Origin: an uncultured Candidatus Saccharibacteria bacterium
GTDB taxonomy: Bacteria; Patescibacteriota; Minisyncoccia; Minisyncoccales; CAYZYK01
Assembly: GCA_964507665.1 (NCBI GenBank)
Contig: CAZDPT010000001.1
Span: 33,912 to 97,911, forward strand
Direction of reading: 5' to 3'
DNA: 64,000 bases
Under the pieces are notes generated by a model that had not been told where the DNA came from, did not search any database, and worked only from the letters and a program-made list of their open reading frames with translations. The number at the start of each line of letters is the position of its first letter. Within the stretch, counting starts at the first letter, position 1. Below are positions 46,561 through 57,134 of the stretch, in pieces. The position numbers were made by a program, and so were the translations under genes.

Positions 46561-49500
46561 ATGGAAGATATTAATAAGATTACCGAAACAAAAAGTTTCT
46601 CCAAGTCCAAGGTTTCTTTTTCTTTGCCTTCTTTAACTTATCTCCAAAAAGAAGCCTGGAAAGAGTTTTGGGAAGTGAGATTAAAAGATCTTTTTTCTGA
46701 GGTTTCTCCAGTTTTAGATCATACTGGTGAAGAATTTGAACTTTCATTTTTAGATTATAAATTAGAGAAATCTAAATATGAGTCAGGACTTGAAGCTAAA
46801 TTAAATGATGCTTCTTATGAAGCTCCTCTCCGAGCAAAAGTAAAGTTGGTTAATTTAAAAACAAAAGAAATAAAAGAACAGGAGGTTTTTTTGGCTAATT
46901 TCCCTTTAATGACAGAAAAGGGAACTTTTATTATTAATGGCGTGGAAAGGGTAGTTGTTTCTCAAATTATACGTTCACCGGGTGCTTTCTTTACTACAAA
47001 TACTTATCGGGGGGAAGAGTACTTTGGAGCAAAAATTGTTCCTAATCGGGGAGCCTGGCTTGAGTTTGCAACAGAAAGTTCTGGGTTTATTGGAGTTAAA
47101 ATTAATAGAAAAAGGAAGATTGCAGCTACCACTTTGTTACGAGCTTTTGGAATTGAGAGCGATAAAAAAATTAAGGAAAAATTTAAAGAAGTAGATACAG
47201 GAGAAACTAAGTATATAGAGAAGACCCTCAAAAGAGATTCTGCTTCAAACCAGAAAGAAGCATTAATGGAAATTTATGGTAGATTAAGACCAGGTGCTTA
47301 TGTTACTCCTGATAATGCTAAAGATTTTATCTTTAATATGTTCTTTAATTTTGACAGATACGATTTAGCTAAAGTAGGAAGATGGAAAACTTGGAAAAGA
47401 TTGCCTCAGCTTTCTCCTAAGAAAAAAACAAAAGACATAAAAGAAAAAGATAGGGTATTGAAGGTAGAAGATGTAGTGGAGGTAATGAGAGAGATTATTA
47501 GGTTGGATAGTGACCCGGAGGCTGAGCCTGACCAAATTGATCATTTAGCTAATCGTAGAGTAAGGACTCCAGCTGAACTTTTACAGAATCGACTCCGAGT
47601 TGGACTGATGCGAACTATAAGGATAATAAAAGATAGAATGTCTACTATGGATGCAGCTACTCTGACTCCAATTCAACTTATAAACTCAAGACCATTTTCA
47701 GCTGTGGTAAGACAGTTTTTTTCTTCTTCTCAATTTTCTCAATTTATGGATAACGAAAATCCCTTAGCTGAACTTGAACATAAAAGAAGAATTACAGCTA
47801 CAGGTCCTGGGGGTCTTACCAGGCAGAGGGCTGGTTTTGAAGTAAGAGACGTACAACCCTCCCACTATGGAAGAATTTGTCCTATACAAACCCCAGAGGG
47901 TCCTAATGTTGGTTTGGTAAATCATCTAGCTTGTTTTGCAAGAATTAACCCCTTTGGTTTTTTAGAGACTCCTTACTTTAAAGTCAAAAAAAGTAGGGTA
48001 ACTGATGAGGTAGAATATCTTCTAGCTGATGAGGAGGAGAAATGTAATATTGCTCCAGGTTCTGTTCCTCTTGATGAAAAAGGTAACATTACAGCCGAAA
48101 AGGTAGAAGCCAGAATAAAAGGGGAACCCGGAGAGATTGAGCGATCCAAGGTAGATTATGTTGATGTTTCTTCAAAACAATTTGTAAGTGTAGCTACTTC
48201 CCTTATTCCCTTTTTACAAAATGATGATGCAGCCCGTGCTCTGATGGGTTCAAATATGCAGAGACAAGCAGTTCCTTTAGTGAACCCCGAACCCCCTTTG
48301 GTTGGAACTGGAGTTGAAAGAAATGTAGCTCAAGATTCTGGTCAGCAAATTATTGCTGAAGAATCAGGAACAATAAAAGAGGTGGATGCTCAACATATAA
48401 AAATTAAACTTAAGAATAAAAGAAAGAAAAAAGAATATAAGGTTCGTCCCTTTGTCCGAAGTAATCAATACACTTGTTTTCATCAACGAGTGAAAGCAAA
48501 GAAGGGACAAAAAGTTAAAAAAGGTGATATCTTGGTAGATGGGGCAGCTATTTCAAATGGAAGGTTAAGTCTAGGTAAAAATGTTCTGGTTGCTTTTCTT
48601 TCCTGGAGAGGAGCCAACTATGAAGATGCAATAGTTGTTTCAGAAAGATTGGTCAAGGATGATGTGTTCACTTCTATTCATCTTCAGGATTTCACTTGTG
48701 ATGTTCGGGAAACAAAATTAGGGCCCGAAGTTACCACTTCTGACATCCCTAATGTTGGAGAAGATAAATTAAAAGATTTGGATGAGGAAGGAATTGTGAG
48801 AGTAGGGGCTGAGGTTACTCCTAACGATATTTTAGTAGGTAAAATTTCTCCAAAGGGAGAGACAGAGTTAACAGCTGAAGAAAGATTATTGAGAGCTATT
48901 TTTGGGGAAAAAGCAAAAGATGTTAAAGATACCTCTTTAAGAATGGAACACGGCAAAAGAGGAAAAGTAGTTGGAATAAAAATTTTCTCTAGAGAGAAGG
49001 GTCACAAATTAGATCCTGGAGTTATTAAACGAGTAAGAGTTGAAGTTGCAGAAATAAGAAAGATAAAAGTAGGTGATAAGTTATCTGGAAGACACGGAAA
49101 TAAAGGTGTAATTTCTAAAGTTTTACCACCAGAAGAAATGCCCTTCTTGGAAGATGGCACTCCAGTTGATTTAGTTTTAAGTCCTCTTTCTGTTCCTTCT
49201 CGTATGAATATTGGACAAATTCTTGAAACCCATTTGGGATGGGCTGCTCAGAAACTGGGTTATTTAGCAATTTCTCCTGCTCTGCTTGGGGCAACAGAGG
49301 ATGATATCAAAGAAGAATTAAAGAAGGCAGGGGTTCCTGAATCAGGACAAGTAACTTTGTATGATGGTAGGACCGGAAAATCTTTTTCTCGCAAGGTGAC
49401 AGTAGGTTTTATGTATGTAATGAAATTAATTCATATGGTTGATGATAAAGCCCATGCTCGTTCAATTGGCCCTTATTCTTTAATTACTCAACAGCCCCTA

Positions 49501-49776
49501 GGAGGCAAGGCTCAATTTGGAGGTCAGAGGTTTGGGGAAATGGAAGTTTGGGCTCTGGAAGGTCATGGTGCCTCTCACAGTTTACAGGAGATGTTAACTA
49601 TTAAATCTGACGATGTTCAAGGTAGAGGTGCTCTTTATCAGTCTATATTAAAAGGGGAACCAATTAAAAATCCTAATATTCCAGCCTCTTTCAATTTAAT
49701 GGTAAATGAATTAAAAGCTTTAGGCCTCAATGTTATTTTAGAGGAGGAAAAAAACAAAAGTAAAAAAGGTAAATAA
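46561..49776 (+). CDS. rpoB: DNA-directed RNA polymerase beta subunit (compact form)
   Basis: Conserved blocks (FGEMEVWALE, NIGQILETHLGWA, GGQRFGEME). Confidence 0.95.
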   Translation: MEDINKITETKSFSKSKVSFSLPSLTYLQKEAWKEFWEVRLKDLFSEVSPVLDHTGEEFELSFLDYKLEKSKYESGLEAKLNDASYEAPLRAKVKLVNLKTKEIKEQEVFLANFPLMTEKGTFIINGVERVVVSQIIRSPGAFFTTNTYRGEEYFGAKIVPNRGAWLEFATESSGFIGVKINRKRKIAATTLLRAFGIESDKKIKEKFKEVDTGETKYIEKTLKRDSASNQKEALMEIYGRLRPGAYVTPDNAKDFIFNMFFNFDRYDLAKVGRWKTWKRLPQLSPKKKTKDIKEKDRVLKVEDVVEVMREIIRLDSDPEAEPDQIDHLANRRVRTPAELLQNRLRVGLMRTIRIIKDRMSTMDAATLTPIQLINSRPFSAVVRQFFSSSQFSQFMDNENPLAELEHKRRITATGPGGLTRQRAGFEVRDVQPSHYGRICPIQTPEGPNVGLVNHLACFARINPFGFLETPYFKVKKSRVTDEVEYLLADEEEKCNIAPGSVPLDEKGNITAEKVEARIKGEPGEIERSKVDYVDVSSKQFVSVATSLIPFLQNDDAARALMGSNMQRQAVPLVNPEPPLVGTGVERNVAQDSGQQIIAEESGTIKEVDAQHIKIKLKNKRKKKEYKVRPFVRSNQYTCFHQRVKAKKGQKVKKGDILVDGAAISNGRLSLGKNVLVAFLSWRGANYEDAIVVSERLVKDDVFTSIHLQDFTCDVRETKLGPEVTTSDIPNVGEDKLKDLDEEGIVRVGAEVTPNDILVGKISPKGETELTAEERLLRAIFGEKAKDVKDTSLRMEHGKRGKVVGIKIFSREKGHKLDPGVIKRVRVEVAEIRKIKVGDKLSGRHGNKGVISKVLPPEEMPFLEDGTPVDLVLSPLSVPSRMNIGQILETHLGWAAQKLGYLAISPALLGATEDDIKEELKKAGVPESGQVTLYDGRTGKSFSRKVTVGFMYVMKLIHMVDDKAHARSIGPYSLITQQPLGGKAQFGGQRFGEMEVWALEGHGASHSLQEMLTIKSDDVQGRGALYQSILKGEPIKNPNIPASFNLMVNELKALGLNVILEEEKNKSKKGK

Positions 49777-49802
49777 AACTTAGAAAATAAAAGAGAAAAA
49801 CT

Positions 49803-52800
49803 ATGAAAGTAGCTGACTTAAAATCATTAACAATAAAAATTACTTCTCCTGAAGAAATTTTATCTTGGAGTCATGGGGAAGTAACTGAACCCGAGACAAT
49901 TAATTATAGAACTCAAAAACCAGAAAAAGATGGTCTTTTTGATGAGAGAATCTTCGGCCCCGTAAAAGATTATGAATGTGCTTGTGGTAAGTATAAAAGA
50001 ATTCGTTACAAGGGGGTTGTTTGTGATAGATGTGGAGTTGAAGTTACAAAATCAAGGGTTAGAAGAGAAAGAATGGGGCATATTAAATTAGCTGTTCCAG
50101 TCAGCCACATTTGGTTTTTAAGAGGAATTCCTTCTAGAATGGGAATTGTTTTGAATAAATCTGGCCGTAAACTAGAGAAAGTTATTTATTTCTCATCTTA
50201 TATCATTACCGAAGTTGATAAAGAAGCTAAAAAAAGAGTTTTAAAAGAAATAAAAGCTGAGTATAAAAGGAAGAGCAAAGAAGCTGAATCCGATAAAGAA
50301 AAGAAAAAACTCAAGAAAGCCAGAAATAAGGCAAAAAAACGATTATCAGCAATTAAACCATTGAATATTTTAAGTGAGGTACTTTACCGAAAACTATCAT
50401 TGAAGTATGGAGAAGTTTTTGAAGCAGGAACTGGGGCTGAGACTGTTTATAAGATTTTTAAACAACTGGACCTTGAAAAACTAACCAAGAAGCTGAAAAA
50501 GAAATTAGAATCTACTCCTCAAAGCAGAAAAAAGAAACTCCTGAGAAGGTTAAAATTAATTGAAAAAATACAAGGGGGAAAAGTTAAACCAGAGTGGATG
50601 TTTTTGAAAATTCTGCCAGTTTTACCCCCTGATTTACGACCCATGGTTCAATTAGATGGTGGAAGATATGCTTCCTCTGACTTAAACGATCTTTATAGAA
50701 GGGTGATAAATAGAAATAATCGATTAAAGCACCTTCTTGAAATTTCAGCTCCAGAAGTGATTGTTAGAAATGAAAAAAGAATGCTCCAAGAAGCAGTGGA
50801 TGCTTTAGTTGATAATAATATGAGAAAGGGGGTAACAACTACAGCAACCACAGGACAGAGAAGATTATTAAAATCTTTAGCAGATATGCTTAAAGGCAAA
50901 CAGGGGAGATTTCGACAAAATCTTTTAGGTAAAAGGGTAGATTATTCTGGAAGGTCTGTTATTGCTGTAGGACCCGAACTTAAACTTCATCAGTGTGGTT
51001 TACCAAAAACTATGGCTCTTGAAATTTTTAAACCTTTTGTTATTAGAGAAATTTTGGATCAGGAGCTAGCTTACAATATTAAAGGAGCAACTAGACTAAT
51101 TGAAGCTCAAGGACCTGAAGTTTGGGCTATTTTAGAGGAGATAGTTAAAGAGAAGTTAGTTTTACTAAATCGAGCCCCAACTTTACATCGATTAGGAGTT
51201 CAAGCATTCCAGCCAGTTTTAATTGAGGGAGAAACTATAAAAGTTCATCCTTTAGTCTGTGAAGCTTTTAATGCTGATTTTGATGGAGACCAAATGGCGG
51301 TTTTTCTTCCTCTTTCAAATGAGGCTCAAAAAGAAGCAAAGGAGATTATGCTCTCTTCTAAAAATCTTTTAAAGCCAGCTACTGGTAAACCAATTATTGG
51401 TCCATATCATGAGATTGTATTAGGAACTTATTATTTAACTAAGCTTAAGCCCCAATCAAATCAAAATAATTCTAAAAAAGAAAAAGAGAAGAAACAAAAG
51501 GTTTTTGCAAGTTCTTCAGAGGCCATATTAAGTTATGAACATGAATATACGGAATTAAGAGAGCGTATTAAGATCCCCCAACCCAAACCATTATTAGATG
51601 AGGAAGTAAAAGAAGACAAGAAGTCTAGTTTGGAGAAGAGTAAGAAAAAAAGTAAAAAGGATTTAAGAAAGAGACTGATTAAAACTAGCCCGGGAAGACT
51701 AATTTTCAATAGTGTTTTACCTAAAGATTATCCTTTTATCAATAAAATTGTTAACTCAAAAGTTCTTAGAAATTTAATTAGTGACTTAATTGAAAAATAT
51801 CCTAAAGAGGAAGTACCTCAAATTTTAGATGATATTAAAGATATAGGTTTCGAATATTCCACTATATCTGGTATAAGTTGGGGAATGGATGATTTGGTTA
51901 TTCCCGAAGAAAAAGAAGGACTGATTGAAAAAGCTGAGAAAAAAGTAGAAGAAATTAAAGGACACTATCAAAAAGGATTGCTTACTCGAGAAGAGAAAAT
52001 TTCTCAGGAAATATTTGTCTGGCAAGGAGTTAAAACAAAGATTGAAAAATTATTGAAAGAAAAGACCTTACCAAAAGATGGGCCTGTTTTCTCTATTGTT
52101 AATTCTGGAGGTCGGGCTTCTTGGGCTCAACCTGTTCAGACAGCAGGTATGAAAGGTTTGGTAGTTAATCCCGCTGGTGAAATAATTGAATTACCTATAA
52201 AGAATTCTTTTAAGGAAGGTTTTAATGTTTTGGAATACTTTATTTCTACTCATGGAGCAAGAAAAGGAACAGCCGATACTGCTCTCCGTACTTCAACTGC
52301 TGGTTATTTAAGTAGAAGATTGATTGATGTAGCTCATGATGTAATAATTACCGAGAAGGATTGCGGAGATAAAAAAGGGATAACTGTTTTTAAAGAAGAC
52401 GCAGAAAACATTGAACAGGACTTTTCTTTTAAAATTGCAGGAAAAGTTTGCCTGGAGAAGATTAAGCAAGGCAAGAAAGTATTAGTTAAGAAAGGGGAAA
52501 TTATTAATTGGAATAAAGCTGAACTAATAAAAGAATCAAAGATTGAAAAAGTTGAGATTCGTTCTCCTTTAAGTTGTAAAGCTAAGAGGGGGATTTGTCA
52601 GAAATGTTATGGTTGGGATCTTGGAACAAATAAATTAATTAAAAAAGGAGAAGCAGTTGGAGTAGTAGCTGCTCAGTCAATTGGAGAACCCGGTACTCAA
52701 CTTACATTGAGAACCTTTCATTTAGGTGGAGTTGCAGGAAAAGTAGATATTACTCAAGGTTTACCCCGAGTAGAGGAAATTTTTGAGATAAGGGGTCCTA

Positions 52801-53483
52801 AAGGAAAAGCTTCTATGTCTAAAGTGGAAGGGAAAGTAACAAAAATTGATGCTGATAAAAGGATAGTTAAAATTAAGCCTAGTTCTAATGAATCTAAGAA
52901 ATCTAAGAAATCCAAGAAATCAAAGAAATCAAACAAGCCAATTGAGTATAAGATTCCAGTTGGAAGAGCTATCTGGGTGGAAAAAAATGAAAAAGTTACT
53001 CCAGGACAACCTTTATGTGAAGGAAGTTTAGATTTAGAGAAACTTTTCGGAGTAACCGATAAAGTTCATACCCAACGTTATATCCTTAACGAAATTCAAA
53101 AAATATATGTTTCCCAAGGAGTAGATATTCATGACAAGCATATTGAAGTAATAGTACGCAAGATGTTTTCTCGATTAGAAATTACAGATGGTGGAGATAG
53201 CCCCTGGATTAGAGGGGAAATAGTTGAAAAGCCGGTATTTAAGAAAGAAGTTCAGAATTTAAAGAAACAAAAAAAGATTCCCCCGAAAGCAAAACAAATA
53301 ATACTTGGCATCTCTAAAGTAGCTCTCACTTCAGATAGTGTGCTTTCGGCTGCTTCGTTTCAACAAACAGCAAGAGTTTTAATTGAAGCAGCACTAGCAG
53401 GTAAAAAAGATACCCTCAAAGGACTTAAAGAAAATGTAATTATAGGTAAACTTATTCCGGTTGGTACAGGTTTTAGGAAATAA
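49803..53483 (+). CDS. rpoC: DNA-directed RNA polymerase beta' subunit
   Basis: Zn-finger CACGKY...CDRCGVEV, catalytic NADFDGDQM, trigger loop and bridge helix. K-rich insertions. Confidence 0.95.
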   Translation: MKVADLKSLTIKITSPEEILSWSHGEVTEPETINYRTQKPEKDGLFDERIFGPVKDYECACGKYKRIRYKGVVCDRCGVEVTKSRVRRERMGHIKLAVPVSHIWFLRGIPSRMGIVLNKSGRKLEKVIYFSSYIITEVDKEAKKRVLKEIKAEYKRKSKEAESDKEKKKLKKARNKAKKRLSAIKPLNILSEVLYRKLSLKYGEVFEAGTGAETVYKIFKQLDLEKLTKKLKKKLESTPQSRKKKLLRRLKLIEKIQGGKVKPEWMFLKILPVLPPDLRPMVQLDGGRYASSDLNDLYRRVINRNNRLKHLLEISAPEVIVRNEKRMLQEAVDALVDNNMRKGVTTTATTGQRRLLKSLADMLKGKQGRFRQNLLGKRVDYSGRSVIAVGPELKLHQCGLPKTMALEIFKPFVIREILDQELAYNIKGATRLIEAQGPEVWAILEEIVKEKLVLLNRAPTLHRLGVQAFQPVLIEGETIKVHPLVCEAFNADFDGDQMAVFLPLSNEAQKEAKEIMLSSKNLLKPATGKPIIGPYHEIVLGTYYLTKLKPQSNQNNSKKEKEKKQKVFASSSEAILSYEHEYTELRERIKIPQPKPLLDEEVKEDKKSSLEKSKKKSKKDLRKRLIKTSPGRLIFNSVLPKDYPFINKIVNSKVLRNLISDLIEKYPKEEVPQILDDIKDIGFEYSTISGISWGMDDLVIPEEKEGLIEKAEKKVEEIKGHYQKGLLTREEKISQEIFVWQGVKTKIEKLLKEKTLPKDGPVFSIVNSGGRASWAQPVQTAGMKGLVVNPAGEIIELPIKNSFKEGFNVLEYFISTHGARKGTADTALRTSTAGYLSRRLIDVAHDVIITEKDCGDKKGITVFKEDAENIEQDFSFKIAGKVCLEKIKQGKKVLVKKGEIINWNKAELIKESKIEKVEIRSPLSCKAKRGICQKCYGWDLGTNKLIKKGEAVGVVAAQSIGEPGTQLTLRTFHLGGVAGKVDITQGLPRVEEIFEIRGPKGKASMSKVEGKVTKIDADKRIVKIKPSSNESKKSKKSKKSKKSNKPIEYKIPVGRAIWVEKNEKVTPGQPLCEGSLDLEKLFGVTDKVHTQRYILNEIQKIYVSQGVDIHDKHIEVIVRKMFSRLEITDGGDSPWIRGEIVEKPVFKKEVQNLKKQKKIPPKAKQIILGISKVALTSDSVLSAASFQQTARVLIEAALAGKKDTLKGLKENVIIGKLIPVGTGFRK
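52891..52935 (+). repeat. in-frame 9-nt tandem repeat (5 units, AATCTAAGA-like) encoding (KKS)n inside rpoC
   Basis: aatctaaga aatctaaga aatccaaga aatcaaaga aatcaaaca. Confidence 0.8.
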
Positions 53484-53542
53484 TAAAATTTGTTAAAATA
53501 GAATATGGGAATAAATTGCTTTAGGTGTTAATTTTTATTTAA

Positions 53543-55663
53543 ATGGCAAAAAAGAAAAAGAAAAAAAGTTCCAGAAAGAAGAAATCTAAAGAGTCGGTCT
53601 TGAAGTTTACCACTAAACAAAAAATAAAGGCCTTAGGAATGTTTGTGGTGGCTTTAATTTTTATCGCCTCTTTGTTTGAACTAGCAGGCCCTGCAGGAGA
53701 AGCTATCAGAAACGGATTTAATTATTTGATTGGAAAGGCAGTCTTTATTATCCCTCTCTTTTTCATTATTACAGGTCTAATTTTTCTGAAACCAAAATAT
53801 AAAGGAAAACTTCTCCCGTTACTTTTGGGAGTTTTTGTTTTGATTATAGGAATGTCGGGTATTTTGGGAGCATTTGATATAACAAAGAATGAAGTAACCA
53901 GTTGGATTTATACGGGCAAAGGGGGAATTTTAGGAAATGTTTTGGCTCTACCTTTAATTAATTACTTCGGAATTCTTGTGGCAAATGTTATTTTAGGAGC
54001 GGTAATTATAGGTGGATTAGTCATATTTTTTCAGTTTATAGAAAAAGAAATAATTGAAAAAGAGAAAACTTCTCAAGTAACAAAGAAATTAAAAAAAGCT
54101 GTTTCTTCTGCTAATAGAATAAAAGAAGCAGTTAAGAAAAAAGAGAAATCAAAAGAAACTCAACCTAGAATTTCAAGATTTAAAGAAAAAATTAAATTAA
54201 AAGGAAAAGAAACAACCGCTAAGAAAGGAAAATATGTAGTTCCTCCTTTAAAACTTCTTACTGAAGAGAAGGGCAGGCCTACTAGTGGAGATATTAAGAA
54301 AAACTCTAAGATAATTAAAAAAACCCTAGATAATTTTGGGATTTCAGTTGAGATGGCAGAGGCGAATATAGGACCTACTGTTACCCAGTATACTTTTAAA
54401 CCCGCAGAAGGAATAAAATTATCAAAAATAACAACTCTGTCGAGAAATCTTTCTTTGGCTCTAGCAGCTCACCCTATTCGTATTGAAGCTCCTATTCCAG
54501 GAAGATCTTTGGTCGGAGTTGAAGTTCCTAATAAAAAGAGAGCCCAAGTACGCCTCCGTAATCTTATTGGCAACAGTGCATTTCAGGATTCTTCTATTCC
54601 ATTACTTTTTTGTTTAGGAAGGGGAGTTTCGGGTTCTCCCATGTATGCTAACCTTGGAAAAATGCCTCATCTTTTAGTTGCTGGAGCTACTGGAAGTGGT
54701 AAGACTGTCTTTCTTAACGGATTGGTACTCAGCCTTTTATATCGAAATTCTCCTCGTGATTTAAACTTTATCTTGGTTGATCCAAAGAGAGTGGAATTTC
54801 AGAGTTACAACCATTTTTCTCATCTTTTAACTCCGGTGATTACTAACGTTGATACAGCTATAAATGCTCTTCAGTGGTTAGTTAAAGAAATGGAAAGAAG
54901 GTTTGAAGTTTTCTCTACTGTTCCTACCCGTAATATTTCAACTTACAATAGCTTGAAATCTGTTAAGTCTTCGGGAAAGCAAATTCCTTATATCGTAGTT
55001 ATTATTGATGAATTAGCAGATTTTATGGCTTCTAAAGGAAAAGAAATGGAAGGTGCAATTGTAAGATTGGCTCAAATGGCAAGAGCAACAGGTATCCATT
55101 TGGTGGTAGCCACCCAGAGGCCGTCAGTTGAAGTAATTACAGGCCTCATTAAAGCTAATATAACGTCTAGAGTTACTTTCCAGGTAGCTTCTCAAGTTGA
55201 TTCCCGGACAGTTTTGGATATGGCAGGGGCAGAGAATCTTTTAGGTGATGGGGATATGCTTTATATCTCCTCACAAATGGGTAAACCAAAGAGAGTCCAA
55301 GGAGTTTATGTTTCAGAAAAAGAAGTTAAAAAGGTTACTAAGTTTATTAAAAATGAAAAGAAGGCTCCTTCTCCACCATCAAAGCTTTCAGAAAGTATAG
55401 AGGGGTATCTTGAAAAACAAAAACAAAAACCCCAAACTTTTGAAGTAGGAGAAGATGAATTATATGAAGATGCAAAAAAATTAGTCATTGAAGCTGATAA
55501 AGGTTCAGCTAGTTTACTTCAGCGAAGATTAAGAATAGGCTATGCTAGAGCAGCAAGATTACTTGATATGCTTCAAGAAAAAGGAATAGTAGGACCACCA
55601 AGAGGCTCAAAACCCAGAAAAGTTATTGCAGAAGAAGAGGATGATTCAGAAATTGATTTTTAG
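53543..55663 (+). CDS. ftsK: DNA translocase FtsK/SpoIIIE
   Basis: N-terminal TM region, Walker A GATGSGKTV, Walker B VVIIDELAD, C-terminal gamma winged helix (LYEDAKKLVIEADKGSASLLQRRLRIGYARAARLLDMLQEKGIV). Confidence 0.88.
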   Translation: MAKKKKKKSSRKKKSKESVLKFTTKQKIKALGMFVVALIFIASLFELAGPAGEAIRNGFNYLIGKAVFIIPLFFIITGLIFLKPKYKGKLLPLLLGVFVLIIGMSGILGAFDITKNEVTSWIYTGKGGILGNVLALPLINYFGILVANVILGAVIIGGLVIFFQFIEKEIIEKEKTSQVTKKLKKAVSSANRIKEAVKKKEKSKETQPRISRFKEKIKLKGKETTAKKGKYVVPPLKLLTEEKGRPTSGDIKKNSKIIKKTLDNFGISVEMAEANIGPTVTQYTFKPAEGIKLSKITTLSRNLSLALAAHPIRIEAPIPGRSLVGVEVPNKKRAQVRLRNLIGNSAFQDSSIPLLFCLGRGVSGSPMYANLGKMPHLLVAGATGSGKTVFLNGLVLSLLYRNSPRDLNFILVDPKRVEFQSYNHFSHLLTPVITNVDTAINALQWLVKEMERRFEVFSTVPTRNISTYNSLKSVKSSGKQIPYIVVIIDELADFMASKGKEMEGAIVRLAQMARATGIHLVVATQRPSVEVITGLIKANITSRVTFQVASQVDSRTVLDMAGAENLLGDGDMLYISSQMGKPKRVQGVYVSEKEVKKVTKFIKNEKKAPSPPSKLSESIEGYLEKQKQKPQTFEVGEDELYEDAKKLVIEADKGSASLLQRRLRIGYARAARLLDMLQEKGIVGPPRGSKPRKVIAEEEDDSEIDF

Positions 55664-55746
55664 ATTTGTCCTATAAAAAGAGCTTTAAAAATCAACTAAA
55701 ATAGTTTATAATTTAATATTACAAAAGTTAAAAATTATTATTCTAA

Positions 55747-56802
55747 ATGTCAAAGAAGAAGAACAAAAATAATAAAAAATCTGGAGAAGAGAAAGCAAAA
55801 AAGAAAAAAACTAAAAAAGAGAAAGAATTAGAAGAGGCTTTGGATGGAATAAAGCATAAATTTGGTGAAGGAGCAGTAATGAAACTAAAAGAAATCAGTC
55901 CTGTTGATGTTGATTCTATTTCGACAGGTTCCATTTCAATGGATTTAGCTTTGGGTGTGGGGGGAGTTCCTCGAGGCAGAGTAATTGAAGTTTTCGGCCC
56001 TGAAGCAAGTGGTAAAACCACCTTAGCCCTCCATATTTTAGCAGAAGCCCAAGAAAAAGAAGGAATAGCAGCTTTTATCGATGCAGAGAATGCTTTAGAT
56101 CCTGATTATGCTAAGAAGATTGGAGTGAATGTTGATGACCTTTTAATTTCTCAGCCTGATTCTGGAGAACAAGCTCTTCAAATTGTTGAAACTTTGGTTA
56201 GGTCCGGAACATTGGATGTTATTGTGGTAGATTCTGTTGCTGCCTTAACTCCGAAAGCAGAGATTGAAGGGGAAATAGGGGATCAACATATTGGACTTCA
56301 AGCTCGAATGATGAGTCAAGCTTTAAGGATGCTTTCTAAAGTTATTTCAGATACAAAAACTACGGTTTTGTTTTTGAATCAGACCAGAATGAAAATAGGA
56401 GTAAGATTTGGTAATCCAGAGACAACTCCTGGGGGTTTGGCCTTAAAATTTTATTCTTCGGTAAGAATTAATCTTAGGAGAAGAGCTCAAATTAAACATA
56501 AAGATGAAATTATAGGAAATAGAGTTAAGGCTAAAATTGTAAAGAATAAAGTAGCCCCACCTTTTAAAACTGCAGAATTTGATATTTATTACAACGAAGG
56601 AATCTCCAGAACTGGGGATATTCTCCGAGCAGGATTAAAGACTGGATTGATCGAGCAATCAGGAAGTTGGTACAGTTTCGGTGATGAAAAACTTGGCCAG
56701 GGAATGAGTGCTGCTAAGAAATTCCTAAAGGAAAATTCAAAACTAGCCCAAGAAATAAAAGAGAAGGTATTGAAAGGAACCGAAGAAAAAGATGAGGACT
56801 GA
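55747..56802 (+). CDS. recA: recombinase RecA (with K-rich N-terminal extension)
   Basis: [13 protein letters not shown] Walker A, L1/L2 loops. 351 aa. Confidence 0.93.
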   Translation: MSKKKNKNNKKSGEEKAKKKKTKKEKELEEALDGIKHKFGEGAVMKLKEISPVDVDSISTGSISMDLALGVGGVPRGRVIEVFGPEASGKTTLALHILAEAQEKEGIAAFIDAENALDPDYAKKIGVNVDDLLISQPDSGEQALQIVETLVRSGTLDVIVVDSVAALTPKAEIEGEIGDQHIGLQARMMSQALRMLSKVISDTKTTVLFLNQTRMKIGVRFGNPETTPGGLALKFYSSVRINLRRRAQIKHKDEIIGNRVKAKIVKNKVAPPFKTAEFDIYYNEGISRTGDILRAGLKTGLIEQSGSWYSFGDEKLGQGMSAAKKFLKENSKLAQEIKEKVLKGTEEKDED

Positions 56803-56834
56803 ATAAAAAAGAATTTAATTAAAAGAAATAAAAA

Positions 56835-56862
56835 AACAACCTTTTTAGAAGGGTTGTTTTTT
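56835..56862. terminator. bidirectional terminator hairpin between recA and convergent rpsR
   Basis: aacaaccttttt agaa gggttgtt followed by a T-run; near-perfect inverted repeat. Confidence 0.6.
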
Positions 56863-56887
56863 ATTAAAGAAAATTTAATTATTTTCT

Positions 56888-57082
56888 TTAAGGAGTATAA
56901 GGCAATAAACCCAGTTGTCTTGATTTCTTTATAGCTCGGGAAACTTCTCTTTGATGGTGAGCACAAAGACCTGTTTTTCTTCTGTTTTTGATCTTATAAA
57001 GATCATCAATAAATTTACGGAGTAACTCCGTATTTTTGAAGTCAATCTCTCTTTTATTTTTTTGGCAGAAATAACAAATCAT
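56888..57082 (-). CDS. rpsR: 30S ribosomal protein S18
   Basis: CYFC...TGLCAHHQREVSRAIKKSRQLGLLPY. Confidence 0.88.
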   Translation of the reverse strand: MICYFCQKNKREIDFKNTELLRKFIDDLYKIKNRRKTGLCAHHQREVSRAIKKSRQLGLLPYTP

Positions 57083-57134
57083 AATAAATCAATTAAAAAA
57101 TTTAGATTAGATTGTTTTTTATTTTAATTATTTA

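Noticed and set aside
53543-55663. FtsK-like ATPase as a possible T4SS coupling protein for the pilin-like array
   Set aside because: Canonical chromosomal FtsK architecture (N-terminal TM cluster, motor, gamma winged helix). It is adjacent to recA and 42 kb from the array.
55743-56966. Minus-strand track ORFs 55743..56021 and 56589..56966 overlapping recA
   Set aside because: Antisense to recA, low-complexity translations, no signals of their own.
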